A DNA stretch of 64,000 nucleotides from the human T2T-CHM13v2.0 reference genome, Homo sapiens. This document shows positions 40,151 to 53,097 of this stretch, in pieces. Below the pieces are notes generated by a model that was given only the letters and a program-made list of their open reading frames with translations, made no database searches and was not told where the DNA came from. Location: assembly GCF_009914755.1 (NCBI RefSeq), contig NC_060942.1. One strand, written 5' to 3'. Numbering within the stretch: the stretch's first letter is position 1; every line of letters starts with the position of its first letter. A program made the position numbers and the translations under genes.

Positions 40151-41280
40151 ATTTGTGCTTCCATGGAACCAGGAATGGCTTTAGACAACACACCCTCAGG
40201 ACAGATTTTAGGAGTTGGATTACTCCCCTATGTGACAGCAACGAGGATCTGATTTCTGGTTGTAAACACATGGTGATAACTCTAGGCATGTGGTAGCATC
40301 ACAATTACCAACACTTCCTCTTGTGGTTAACTGAGATGTGGTGCAGGTGGAAGATGTGTTGGGATCCTCAGTAGCCGCATACCTAGACTTCCCTACCCAG
40401 ACAGAGGACTCAGTGTTACACTCAGCATCTCCAACCCTAAGAAAGAGGTGCAATGTTGGGGGTTTCTTTGGATTTTGGAAACAACATATATCATAATATT
40501 TCAGAATATTTTTTCAATGCATTTATTGCTTTACTTAGAAGGTTGCCCGTTTTCAGTGGAGTCCAGAGCAAGAAAGGGCTCTTCAGCATGTGCTGGCTCT
40601 GCTGCAAGCTTTCTGTCCCTGGAAGTCTGTGACACAGTAGAGATAGTGCTGCTGATGTCTGCGGTATGGAAGAATGGTGAGTAGAGGTCTCCAGCAAGCC
40701 CCAATAGGAATTCTGTAATGCAGACACCTAGAGATTTGGAATGAGTTCATGCCTTTTATGGAGAACTGTCCTCCATTGTAAAATTGTCTGTAGCATGATT
40801 CTGGCACTAGTGGGGACTGATTATTGGACCATGGGGTACCAAGTACTTATGTGACAGAAGCCACCCTTTGTAAGTTGAAAAACTGACCAAATCTTAAAAT
40901 GAGGTGGACATAGCAGCAGTCCACTTTATAATGGAATATTCGGGATCAAGCCCTAACTAGTACAGATGACACAAGATATTATGAGGACAAGTGGCACAGA
41001 CCCCCTTGTCACACGTCCTTAATTAATGCCCTGGCACCTTTCTTCTGTCTATGTATATGGCCTCATAGAGGATTCCCTGTGAACTACTGAAGAAAAAGGA
41101 AGCCATCCAGGCACATCCAGGCATGGCTCACAAATAGTTAACAAGGTAGTCTATGCTGGCGAAAAGTTGATTTTTGCTGCATTTAACTCCACTCATGAAT
41201 GTCCCAGGAGGACAATAGCAAAGAAGAGTTGTCTTAGTGACCAGAGTTGTTTGCCTTGGGCTCTGCTTTCTGGGGCAACA
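40150..41280 (+). mobile_element. ERVL-class (HERV16/ERV3-16A3-like) internal remnant: leader fused to a degraded pol (RT-RNase H) fragment
   Basis: AAGAAAGAGGTGCAATG..TTTGGATTTTGGAAACAACATAT, CAGTGGAGTCCAGAGCAAGAAAGGGCTCTTCAGCA and CAAGCCCCAATAGG are colinear with recalled HERVL pol; multiple frameshifts. Confidence 0.7.
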
Positions 41281-42725
41281 TTGGTTTGCTGTCTTCAAAG
41301 ATCTGCTTATGTTCCCTCTCACTTCTGCTAGCTGCTCTTCTTGCAGTTACTGTATCACTCCTTGCAACTGTCAGTATTTGCCTTAAACTTATGATCAGGG
41401 CTACCAGAAATACAATGATTATAAGCCACATTTTCGGTTCCAGTACTGTAGAGTACATTCATTTATGCAAAGGAAGTCTGGTTCAATGAAGTTCAAAGTC
41501 AGCTGAAAGGCCAAAAAAAAGGATGCAAAGGCAAAATGCAGACTGGGAAGTGAGGGTCTAAGTAAATGAGGTGAGTTGACTTTGGTGGAGTAGATGGTGT
41601 GTTTATAGGATGATTGTGTACATAGATGCCTTAAAGGAACTTTGTTTTAGTTCTGAATGGCAGCACCGTCTCCCCACCGCCATACCCCTCTCCTCACTCT
41701 GGGACCCTGGGTCATTACCCAGAGCAGTCAGCAGGGAGCTCCCCAAGCTTGGCCTCCGCTCTGTGCACCCTGTGATCTGTCTTAACCAGGTTATTCTTGT
41801 CTTCCACTTGTCATAAACCTACCTAAATGACAACCCACTGATCGTTATTATTTAAAGCTTATTTAAAGCAGTGTTTTCATTGACAAAGAGTTCACAAGAG
41901 ATGTTCAGGAAAATAAATTTTCACGGTCACGTGAGTTTAGGAAATGCAATGTAACATGTCTCCCTTTTTTGAAAATTTGTCAGGCACATTTACATATTAA
42001 AAGGCCTTAAAAAGAGAGTAAAAGGAAATAAAAAGATACTTTTATCCTTATTTAATTCAGTGATTACCAAATGTATAAGCCTACATAATTCCATTTTATC
42101 TTTGTTTTAAATACCATCTCCACTCCTTCCCCCGCAAATGTTTCATCCCTCTCTCATCATTCAGGGAGAAAGAAAAGTCATCATAATAACTTTGAAGTAT
42201 TCCTGTGGTACATTAGTGTTCAAAGAATTTTGGAGTTGAAAAGGACCTTAGAGAATATCTAATCTATTGGGTCACAAACATTTTATCACCAAAAACCATT
42301 TTACTTAAATCTCTCCACATATATACAAGTTTTAAAAGACAACTTCTACCACTTAGAAAATTATAATATTCTCTCTCTTTTTTTTAAACCAGCAAAGGGG
42401 TAGAGAGCTGCCTTCCAAAGCCTTTTATTAACATTGAGTTATATATTTATTCTGGCAGTTTAATAATACTTTGAGCAAAAAAATCAAAGGACCTTGACAT
42501 TTCGGTTGGCAAACTTTTAAGTTTTTTTTTTAATGACTTCTTATTTCTATGATCTCATAAGGATAGGAGATCTATATTATGCCCGTCCTCAACTATTTAT
42601 TGATAACATACCTTGGTTTCAAAAAGTTGAGCGTCGTACTCTAGGCCCACTGCTGTTTGATAGAACTCAGAGCTCCTAATTCCTTGATCAATATTCTTCC
42701 TATTGCCTTTGATGTTTCTTTAGAG

Positions 42726-42932
42726 CAGAAGTTGGCAAACTTTTTCTGTAAGTCAGATAGTAAACATTTTAGCATGTGTGTCATAAAGTCTCTGTTGAAA
42801 CCATTCAACCTCATTGTTGTAGTGAGGAAGCAGTGATAGACAATATGTAACAAATGGGTATGACTGTGTTCTAATAAAACTTTATTTACAGAAACAGGCC
42901 ACAGGCTGTGAGCCACAGTTTGCCAACCCTTC
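42726..42932 (+). mobile_element. MER58A (hAT-Charlie MITE)
   Basis: CAGAAGTTGGCAAAC...GTTTGCCAACCC TIRs; 8-bp TSD CTTTAGAG/CTGTAGAG. Confidence 0.88.
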
Positions 42933-45571
42933 CTGTAGAGCACTTTGCCATACACTTGCCTGATTATAAGAATTATCTGGCCTATGAAGTAAAATATGGA
43001 TTCCACTGTCTCTTCTGATTCTGATTGAGGATAAGGCCTATAAATCTGTGTCCTTTTCAAACACATCAGGTGATTTTTATTTTTGGAGGAACAAGTTTGT
43101 CAAACACTGATTTGGGTATACTTATTCTTTTTTTTTTTTTGTAATATTAGAAAACCACATGTATTTATTTCCAGGTTGAAGTATTTAGTATTTTCCAATT
43201 TGTACCAGATCAAGTTTGAGTCAAAGAAACTGAATATTTGGCTTCAGTTTGGTTTAACAGATTAATTTGAATCAAATCATTGGCTTGTGGTGCTTGTAGT
43301 TTAGTTTATGGTACTGCTTCTTATATGAACCCTTAAATGATTTATTCCTGGTTCATTTGCGGTTCTTCAATGGGAATAGCTTGAAGAAGGATCCAGAATC
43401 ATTCTCTAAAGGATTTGATGCCTGTTTAAGAAAATATGTTAATGTACACTGTATATAATATACTTGTTTTTATATATACATACAGTATAACCTCACAAGA
43501 GAAATTATGGCTAGTTAGAAGTGGGGATTTATAAAGGAATTAAAAGTAATCAATATTAACATGATGTTGTACAGTTGAAAAAGTACATTTTTCTCATTTG
43601 ATATTTATAATCCTGGGAGGTCTTTTTGTTTTTTCTTTTTTTATAGCTGAAGAAATTCAGGCTGAAATCACAAAGCTGGTAAATGGAATTGGGACAGAAA
43701 CTGAAGACTTTAAATCTCAAATTATGTGTTCTTTCTCCTGCAGTCTAGAAGATGCAAATAAAAGAGGCATAATAGCAGAAGTTAGGAAAAACAGATGAAC
43801 CAAGGAAAAGCTTTTTATGAGTGTCCATCGCTCCAGTGATCCCTGATCCAAACAGAATCCTAGACTCTTAAGAGCTACTTCTCCACTGTCTTAAAACAAA
43901 GCTTGAAAAAATATCTCTAAGTGTCCTCCCATCCTCTGCTCTCTTAGAGAAAACCTTTTACAGCACTGAAGGACCTTCTGCAGCTTGAAAAATCCAAATC
44001 AAGAGTCCACACTTGATAAGGCCATGGAGGGATTCTGTAGAGAGGAGGACTCGGCCGATGAGGAAGGGAGGGCTCCTGAGGATTTGGCAGAGCTGGGTCC
44101 TCACCTGCCTTCTCTATAAAGTCTTTCCCAGTTTTCCTTTTCATAGCTTTCTGAAAACCTGGTCAACTCTTCTTTGAGTCCTCGTGCAGCCTTTTCATGG
44201 TTCTTTTAATACTTTTCATACACTGCCCTCTTGTAAGGTGTTACAGGATCCTAATGAATGCCTTCTGTATTGTTGTATTCCATACTAGTTAGGGCCTAAC
44301 AAAAGCATGGCATCGAATTGTGTAGAGGTGACTGATAAATACAAGAAGGAAAGAAGAAAGAGTGGGGAGGAAATAAGGGGAAAGGAAGACAGAAAGAAAG
44401 AGAAAGGAGAGAAAAAGTCAACAGAGCATGAGACATAGCATTACTAATTGGCTGAGGAATATCAAAGTTAGTATCTCTACCCTATTATTTTCCTATTTCT
44501 TTCCTGTCCCAAAACTAAGCAAGAGTGGAATTATCTCCCCAAAGTCCCTTGTCCTCCTCTGATTGTTACAGCTGGATCAGGGTCCTATTAATTGATGATG
44601 AGGGTCACTTGCCTGTTTCCCCAGGTAACCATGAGCACCTTGAGCTAAGTCCCCTTTCTTAGATACCATTTTAACCAGTTCCCCTGACTCCAGCCTTTCT
44701 GCTCATTTTATTGCATACACAAATGTCAAGTTAACCTGCAGCACAGTTGTAGTAAACAGACAAAGGCTTGCGATGTCTCCACACTGCCCAGGATGGCCTG
44801 CATACTTGAGCTGATCTACTAGCCCTTTGCAATTCACAATGATGTGCAAAATATTGCCTCAATCTGGTATTCCTCACTCTTTGTTAATTCTGTCTTTCAA
44901 AATACATTCTGAAAATACATCTCAAAGAGAATCTCACAGTCCTCAAAATCTCTTAAAATTTCCTGTTTCCCTGATATGTGGTATTCCTCTCATTCTTATT
45001 TCATGAGAGGTACAATTGTATAAAAAAAGTGCTTGCAAGCCTGAAGGATGTACCCTTTGCCACATTCAGTTCTATGCCCTTAGGTAATTTGCTTAGCCAT
45101 TAGGAATCTGTGTTTCCAAATCTTCAGAAAAGTGTCTTAGTCCCTTTTTGCATGCTGGCAACAAGTGAAAAACTACCCTGCTTGTAGCAGAAGCTTAAAC
45201 TCCTGTGATGAATGACAGAAGCAACAGCATCTAACCCTGGGGGCACAGAGAGACAGGGACTGAGAAGAGTAAGGGACAGGGCAGTTGGATCCAGATGGGC
45301 TTCTGTTTTTGTACGATCATGATCCCTTCTTTACTTGTTAGTATGACCAGCAAGACATTAAAAAATATTTCCTTTTTCCAAGACCATATAAGGAAATAAA
45401 ACTATTTAGCAATCTGATCTCTCTTCAGAATGCTTTTCATTAAATGATATGAGTATTTATTGCTTAATAGTGGACTCTTCAATGCCAGCATCCCCCAGTA
45501 ACAAATTAGTATAACAGTATGCTCTTCCACTTGCTTCAAAACGTGCTTTCTGATTACTGTCATAAAAAATA

Positions 45572-45884
<313 letters not shown>

Positions 45885-46639
45885 CTAATGATAAAATAAA
45901 TATGAAGTAGTGCTAATGCTGTTCCACAAAAAACTTCCACTTAATCATTAACTAAACTGTTTACAAAAATATTTCATGGGAAAATTTAATCAGATTTATT
46001 TTTTATATTTGAACAATAACAATAACACCTTATGCCAGTTGCTTACAAAACCTTAGCTAATTAATGTTATTGGAAAAATTGGATAAAAATTTAGACTCTG
46101 GAGCCACCCACAGATTTTTAATTCATTAAATCTGGAACAGGGCCCAGGAATTTACATTTTTAAAGAAGCAGATGCTTAAACTGTGACAATAATTTAAGCT
46201 TGTTTTCATTGTGGTTTCTTCCTGCACCTAACATAATCATTATTTGACTTATAAGCTAGATATCAGCTGCCCATACTAATTGCATTGCTTGAGAATCTCT
46301 GCAATGAGAATGCTGCCTCAAAATTACTATTATTTTAGAATGTGGTCTCCTGACTTGAATTTTCAACTAGCTCCTTAGTGATAACAGTGTCTAGTGATAT
46401 AGGATCTACATTTCCCAAACATCCAACTGCTACCACAGCCATCTTGCTGTGCACAAGCAGCAGTGTGGAAAACACACACAAAAAAAAAAGATTCTGCAGA
46501 ATAATTATCTGAGATGTGAAACTGCATGTTCTTTCCCCCTCTCTCTCCAGCCACCCTCATTTAGACTGTTTAAAGCAACGATGCCAGTGCATTTTTATTT
46601 CGTTAGGGGCATTTATAACCACTGGATTTGTTTTAATTT

Positions 46640-47770
46640 TGAAGAATTACAAATACAGAAAACTCGAAGAAATAGAAGTAGTAAAAACCCATTTACACTC
46701 TAACTCAGCAGTTAATATTTATCTTGTTTACTTATTTCTCTTTCCTCTCCATGTCTCTGTCTACCTAACTGTACTTTTTTACTGGGTCTTTGAAAGTGAG
46801 TCGCAGACATGATGATACCTACCCTATATATTTCAGCATCTCTTCTAATTAAAAAACGTTCACTTACATAAATGCAATACCATGATCACAACCAACATAT
46901 TTAATACTGATAAAAGAATACAGGTACATTTGATGTTTTCTTCTTCCACAACTGACCTATAGCGATTTTTATTTTATTTTATTTTATTTTATTTTTTGCT
47001 CCAGATTTCAGTCAAGAACCACTTGTTTGCTAGGCATGGTAGTGGTACATGCCTGTAGTCCCAGCTACTTTGGAGGCTGAGGCCAGAAGTTCAGGGCCAA
47101 CCTAGGCAACATAATATAATGAGACTTCATCTCTTAAAACAAAACAAACACTTAAACACTTATTGCATTTGGTTATCATAATCTCTTTAGTCTCCTTTGA
47201 TTTAGATTAATTTATCTACCTGCCTTTTTTTCATTTTTATTCTTTTTTTATTTCAAAATATTGACATTCTGGAAGAGTTTAGAAACTTGTCTCTTATAAT
47301 ACCCTCCAACCTGAATTTGTTGTAATTTTTCCTCAAGTTAAACATCTTTCCAAGAATGTCTACATGTATCTGTTTCTCACAGCCTAACACGAGAAGGTAC
47401 ACGATGCCAATTTGTCCCCTTATGGGCAATGATAGTTTTAGCTACTTGGATATGGTAGATGTTGCCACATTTCCTTATTGTAAACATAACTTTCTTTTTG
47501 TAATTAATATTTTGTTCCTCACAAACTTAAACCCTATAGATTAAGTACCTATTAATGAACCTTGCATAGATCAAATAGCACACTGATGATTGCAAAATAG
47601 AGACTCTATCATTACTTTCCTATTTTTAGATGGTCTTAGAAAAAAGTACATACATGTTGAGGAAAAGCTCTTTACATACTTTGTTTCCCAATCTTTGTAT
47701 CATTATGGCCCTATGGATTCTTTTTATATTCACTGTAATAAACCATTACTATTCTTCTTTTGTTATTGCT
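46640..47770 (-). mobile_element. Old L1MC/ME 3' fragments with an Alu monomer (FLAM/FAM, +, about 47027-47150) inserted
   Basis: TTGAAAGTGAGTCGCAGACATGATGATACC, CTTACATAAATGCAATACCATGATCACA; monomer CATGCCTGTAGTCCCAGCTACTTTGGAGGCTGAGG. Confidence 0.6.
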
Positions 47771-49380
47771 GGTTTTACTGAAGTAGCTGTACATTCATAT
47801 GAAGTTGTAGGAAATAACAGAGAGCCCAACGGTAATGTTTTGCAAAACTATAGTATAATATCCTCCTAAACAGGGTATTGACATTGATGCAATCCACTGA
47901 TCTGATTCAGATTTTCCTAGTTTTGCTTTTATTCATTTGTGTGTGTGTATGTTCTATACATTTTTATCACCTGGTCCGTTTGTGTATAAACAACACAGCC
48001 AAGATACTGAACAATTCCAACTCCACAGGGAGTCCTTTTGTTGCCTTTTAGAACCACATTCACCTTCATGCCATCCCACCCCATCCCTAACCTTTGGCTT
48101 GTATCTTCCATTTCTAAAATTTGTCATTTTAAATGTTATGTAAATTGACTCAGGTAGGATGTAACTTTTGGGGATTGGCTTTTTTCTCTCAGCCTGATTC
48201 CCTTCTGACAGATCCACACATGTATCAGTAATTTATTCCATTTTATTGCTAAACATTCCATGTTGTGGTTACATCACAATGTATTTAACCATTCACCTAC
48301 TGAAGGACATCTGGGGCCATTTGGGAGCCTTTAGAAATAAAACTGCTATAGATATTCATGTGCAGGATTTATGTGGACATGTTTTCATTTATCCAAGATA
48401 AATGCTCAAGGGGCTAATTGCTGATTCTTAAGGTAAAAGCTCATTTAGTTTTATAAGAAAGTGTCGAAATGTTTTCCAAAATGTATCATTTGACATTCCC
48501 ACCAGATAACTATTAGTAGTCCAGTTTTCACAACCTTGCCAGCATTTAGTGTTGTCACCATTGTATTATTTTTAATTTGGCCATCCGGATAGGTGCGTAG
48601 TGACATTTCATTTTTGACTTAGCTTATCTTTCCTTGGTGATAAGTGATTTTGAGCATATTTTCAAGTGCTTATTTGCCATCCATATATCCTCTTCATTCA
48701 AATGTCTGTTCACGTATTTTGCCCATTTTCTAGGTGGATATTGGTTTCATTTTTACTATTGATGTTGGAGAGTTCTTTATAAATTCTAGATATTTGTTCT
48801 TTGTCAGATATGTGGTTTGCAAATATTTTCCCTTAGTCTATAGCCTGTATTTTCTGTTTTCATCCTTTTCACATAGGTTTTTACAGAGCAAAAGTTTTTA
48901 ATTTGTATGAGGTCCAGTTTATTAGTTTTTCTTTTTATGAGTCATTCTTTTAATGCCAAATCTAAGAACTCTTTGTGTACTCTTAATTCCTAAAGGTTTT
49001 TTCTTCCACTTTTAAATACATTTTACAGTTTTTCATTTTGCTCTTAAGTTTATGATCCATTTTGAGTTTGTTACTGTAGAAGTTGTGAGGTTTAAGTCAA
49101 GATTATCCTGCCTATGGATGTCCAATTGCACCAGTGCCATTTAATGAAAAGGTTACCATTCCTCCATTGAACTGCTGTGACACATTTGTCAAAAATCATT
49201 AGGACGTAATTGTCTGGGTCTATTCTGGGTTCTCTATTCTAATCATTAATCTATGTATCTGTGCCCTGCCGAGACCACACCATTTTGATTACTGCAGCTA
49301 AATTGTGAGTCTTTTTATAAGGTAGAGTGATTCCTCCCACTTTATTACTCTTTGTCAAGAGTGTTTTAGCTATTCAAGAC
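47770..49380 (-). mobile_element. L1MD-type 3' end and ORF2
   Basis: GGTAATGTTTTGCAAAACTATAGTATAAT, TGTCAGATATGTGGTTTGCAAATATTTTC and GGATGTCCAATTGCACCAG in antisense colinear order. Confidence 0.88.
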
Positions 49381-49589
49381 CTGCTGATACTGATGCTAAT
49401 TGCTGTGTCTTGAGTAATAAAGTTTTTCTCTGATCCAGGAGTCTTGTCAGCTGCCAGGATTTATGAAAGAGTAACAGGTGGACTTGTTATCTTCTAAGTA
49501 AAGCAAATCTCAGATCCTTCCCAATTCTTGCTGCATATTTCCTTTTCTTAGAAAATATTAAATGAATGCTTTGGAAGGACCAATATTAA

Positions 49590-50061
49590 AATAGATGTTT
49601 TAACTTTTTATTTAGAAATAATTACAGATTCATAGGGAAATTTCAAACATGGTAGAGAGAGCTCTTGCATACCTTTGATTCTCAAAGATACGCAATCTTT
49701 GTGTTGTATATCAACCCCCAGTGGTTGCCTCTTACATAAGTGTAGAACACCGTTAAAACCAGGAATTTAATATGATACAATGTGTGTGTATAATTCCATG
49801 CCATTTATCACGTGTGTGGATCTGTGCAACCACTGCTGCAGTCTAGATACAGAACTGCCCCATCCCCACAGAGATGGGCTTATGCTACCCTGTGAGAGGT
49901 GCATGCACCACACTCCTCCAATCTTCCCAACTGCTGACAACCACGAACCTGTTTTCCATCTCTCTAATTTCATTATTAGGAATATTATATAAATAGAATC
50001 ATGTGTCCTTTTTAGAGTAGGTTTTTCACTCAGCATAATCTTCTGAATATTCATCTATGTT
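49590..50061 (-). mobile_element. L1MD-type 3' end
   Basis: TTTTTATTTAGAAATAATTACAGATTCATAGG...TTTTTCACTCAGCATAATC. Confidence 0.8.
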
Positions 50062-50466
50062 CAATATAATACACACAGTGAATAAAACATAAATAAGATG
50101 ACAAAGTTGGGACCAATTGTATCAGATATAGCCATGATTTTAAGGGAGTAAGCTCATCTATTAAAAGAAAAAGATTTTCACATTGGCTTACTGGGCAAAA
50201 TACATGCTAGTAGGAATGTAAAATTGTAGACATAGTGTGAAAAACAGCTTGGCAGTTTCTTCATATTAAAAAAATGCATTCTTACTATATAACCCAAAAA
50301 TGACATGCCTGAGCCTTTATCCCAGGAAAAAAAAATGAATACTTAGGTCTACAAAAAAAACCTTGTACATAATTATTCATAGCAGCTTTACTTGTAATAT
50401 CCTAAAACTGAAACAATCAAGTTGTTCCTCAGAAGGTGCGTAAACTTCTCAAGGAGATAAACAAAG
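50062..50466 (+). mobile_element. HAL1 fragment (about 50062-50200) plus L1MD fragment (about 50200-50466), opposite in orientation to both flanks
   Basis: CTCATCTATTAAAAGAAAAAGATTTTCACATTGGCT (HAL1-like), then GGAATGTAAAATTGTA..TTGGCAGTTTCTT..TTCATAGCAGCTTTACTTGTAAT (L1M 3' region). Confidence 0.65.
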
Positions 50467-50469
50467 ACA

Positions 50470-51200
50470 GCATTTCCTGAGTTTTTCTTTTTTAAATGTG
50501 TTTCTATGATGTTTAGAGTTTAAAGACCCTTAATAATTCTTTTGTCGATTCTTCTGGAATGTTCCACTACTGTCTTATTTTGTATTTTGTGATCGAGGAG
50601 TCTGATTTCAACCTTTTCTTCCATTATAAGTGACTTAGTCTTTTTACCTGGGATCTAAAAGGAATATGTATTTGTTCTAGTATTTATTATATGTATTTAT
50701 TCTCTGCAGTTTTACTAGAGTATATCTAGGAATCAATGATTCTTTTAAATTTCCCCAGCATGTAATAGACCCCTTCAAAATGTAGATTTGAGTTCCTTGA
50801 TTTTGAGCAAGTTTTCTTGGGTTATTGTTTTAAATATTAGTCTTGTTTTACAGTTTTGTTTTTTCTTCTTCAGGGATTCCAATTATGCATATTTTAGTTA
50901 CTTTTCCTATTTGGATATCTGTATATTTTTTCCATATCTTTTCTAAGTTTTTGACATTCTGACAGAAGGTGTTTGCTTTCATTATGTCTGCAGTTGCTTG
51001 TTTGAGAGTATTTAATGCAGACATGAGTATGATGTTACAGTTTGCCTCTGATTTCTGGTTATTTTAGGGAAAAAAATTACCAGTTATTATGTATTCTCTT
51101 TTTAAAATTTCTTGTTAGTACATTGATTTTTATTCATTTTTAAATACTGTGTTTTTCAAAATCTTAAAGGTAAATTCAGGGATATAGAGTTTGAGGGGCT
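50470..51200 (-). mobile_element. HAL1-like fragment
   Basis: TAAGTGACTTAGTCTTTTTACCTGG, CCCTTCAAAATGTAGATT and TTCTTCAGGGATTCCAATTATGCAT. Confidence 0.55.
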
Positions 51201-51586
51201 CGCTGGGTTTAATCCTTGAGGATTTCTTCCATGGTGCCCATTTGGTGGAGAAGGGCTGGTAGCTAAACTTCTGCTAATTTTAATTCTGTTTACTTGTTTA
51301 GGAGCATTACTTTTCACCACTTGCTTCCTTTTCCTTTACCACCAAACGTCTAAAGGATGCATCCCTCTGCTCTAGAGACAGGGTGTTCACGACCAGGCCC
51401 CTCCTGGTCTATGCACTTCCAAGACTCTTCCTTTTGATTCCCCAGTCAAGGAGGATCTGTCCATCAAGTCTCAACAGTATTACCTCTATTTCTCCATAAG
51501 GGTGGGGCCACTTGTGTCTGGTCGATATCTTGATTAATTGTCCCACATTGCTAAGCATGCTCCTCCACTCTCTCCTTTCTTCATAT

Positions 51587-51850
51587 AGTCTATCTATTTA
51601 TCTATCTAGCTATATAATCTATCTAGCTATCTAATCTATCTATCTAATCTATCTACTCTATCTCATCTATCCATCTGTCTATCCTGTCTATCTGTCTATC
51701 CTATCTATCTGTCTATCCCATCTGTCTATCCTATCTGTCTATCCTATCTGTCTATCTATCCTATCTGTCTATCCTGTCTATCTATCTACCCTATCCATCT
51801 ATCCTATCCATCTATCCTATCCATCTATCCATCCATCTACCTATCTATCT
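51587..51850. repeat. Complex (TCTA/TCTG/TCCA)n tetranucleotide repeat
   Basis: About 260 bp of interleaved TCTA, TCTG, TCCA and TCCTA units. Confidence 0.95.
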
Positions 51851-53000
51851 CCTGTCTTCATTATGTACTCCAAAGCTGGTCTTCTAGTTTCATTTTTTTT
51901 TCTTATGTACTTGTAAAGTGAAGTTTATATGTTTGTTATTTCTTGGTTATGCTAGAAGTACAGGTTATGGTGGTTTCACTGGCTCTTTTGGTTGAAGGGT
52001 ATGATGTTGGAGGGTATGTAGAGAAATAAGGCAGTCATCATTATCCTACAGGACCCTGGAAGTCCCACAGCTTGCAAATTCTAAACTGCTAGTTGAAAGC
52101 ACGTCACTTCCAGTAGGTGACCCCTTAAGTCCATGAAGATGCAAACAAACAGCCAAGAGATCTGAAAGTAAATGGATTTCATCAGGCTAAACAAGGTACT
52201 CAGTCCTTAAAGAGGGATCAGGCCTTGGGTTGTAAGCGTGTGTGATGTACTGTGCCCTTGTTTCTTGAACACTCTACTCCCCACTCTGCCCAAGCACTCC
52301 CCACTCCCTGGACTCCCCATAAACTTTAGAGCAGAATGTGGGAGTAGGAGAAATGAAAGGCACTAGAGAATCTGCTGGTGATCTGGAAACTTATGTCTCC
52401 TACTTAAAGTCTTTTCTGAAAATGAAATCCCATAGAGCAACTCCATGTCATCAGGATGGGGCAGAGGACAGAAGAAGTGGTGATGTAGCAAATTGGATGA
52501 GAAGCAGAGAAATGCCTTTCTCTGCCCGCTGGCAGGGATATGTTAAACAGGACCCTGCTAGTGAAGGCTGCAGTTTTAGCTGCCCAGGGAGAGCCAGAAT
52601 GAATTTATCTTTATTCATTTGTTTACATACTGCTTTATTTTAGGACAGGATTACAGTGACTAGAAGCCTATCAAATACTTGTTTAGCTATCATATAATCA
52701 TCATGAAGCCTGGCACATCCTTGTTTCTCCTTTTCTCGCTGAAAAATACTTTCAAATTTTACTTTTTGTTTTTTACGTTACACATCCAGAAAATGAAACT
52801 ACGGCCACATTCAGGTCTTCATTAATATTTTAGCTCCCTATAGTTATTTACTATAATTGTTGAAGAAAATATTAAAAAGAAATCAATTCAAAATGTTATT
52901 GTGCTGAATTTCAGAATATTATTGGTAAGTTGGGTACAAACCAAGGTTACAGTGTATTTGTGTCTGAACAAAAGCAAAACAAAACCAAAGCCCATTTTCT

Positions 53001-53097
53001 AACCTGTACACCAAACCCCTGAGTCACGAATTTACCTGTATAACAAATGTGCACATTGTATTTTAGCTTTAGGTACCTCTGAACCTAAAATATTTTT
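53001..53097 (+). mobile_element. 97-bp L1PA/PB-type 3' terminal insert with a perfect 15-bp TSD
   Basis: CTGTACACCAAACCCC..TTTACCTGTATAACAAA..GCACAT..GTACC.CTGAACCTAAAATA; TSD CAAAGCCCATTTTCT at 52986-53000 and 53098-53112. Confidence 0.85.

Noticed and set aside
42641-43066. 141-aa minus-strand ORF
   Set aside because: Runs through MER58A and an adjacent hAT-type fragment; not transposase-like.
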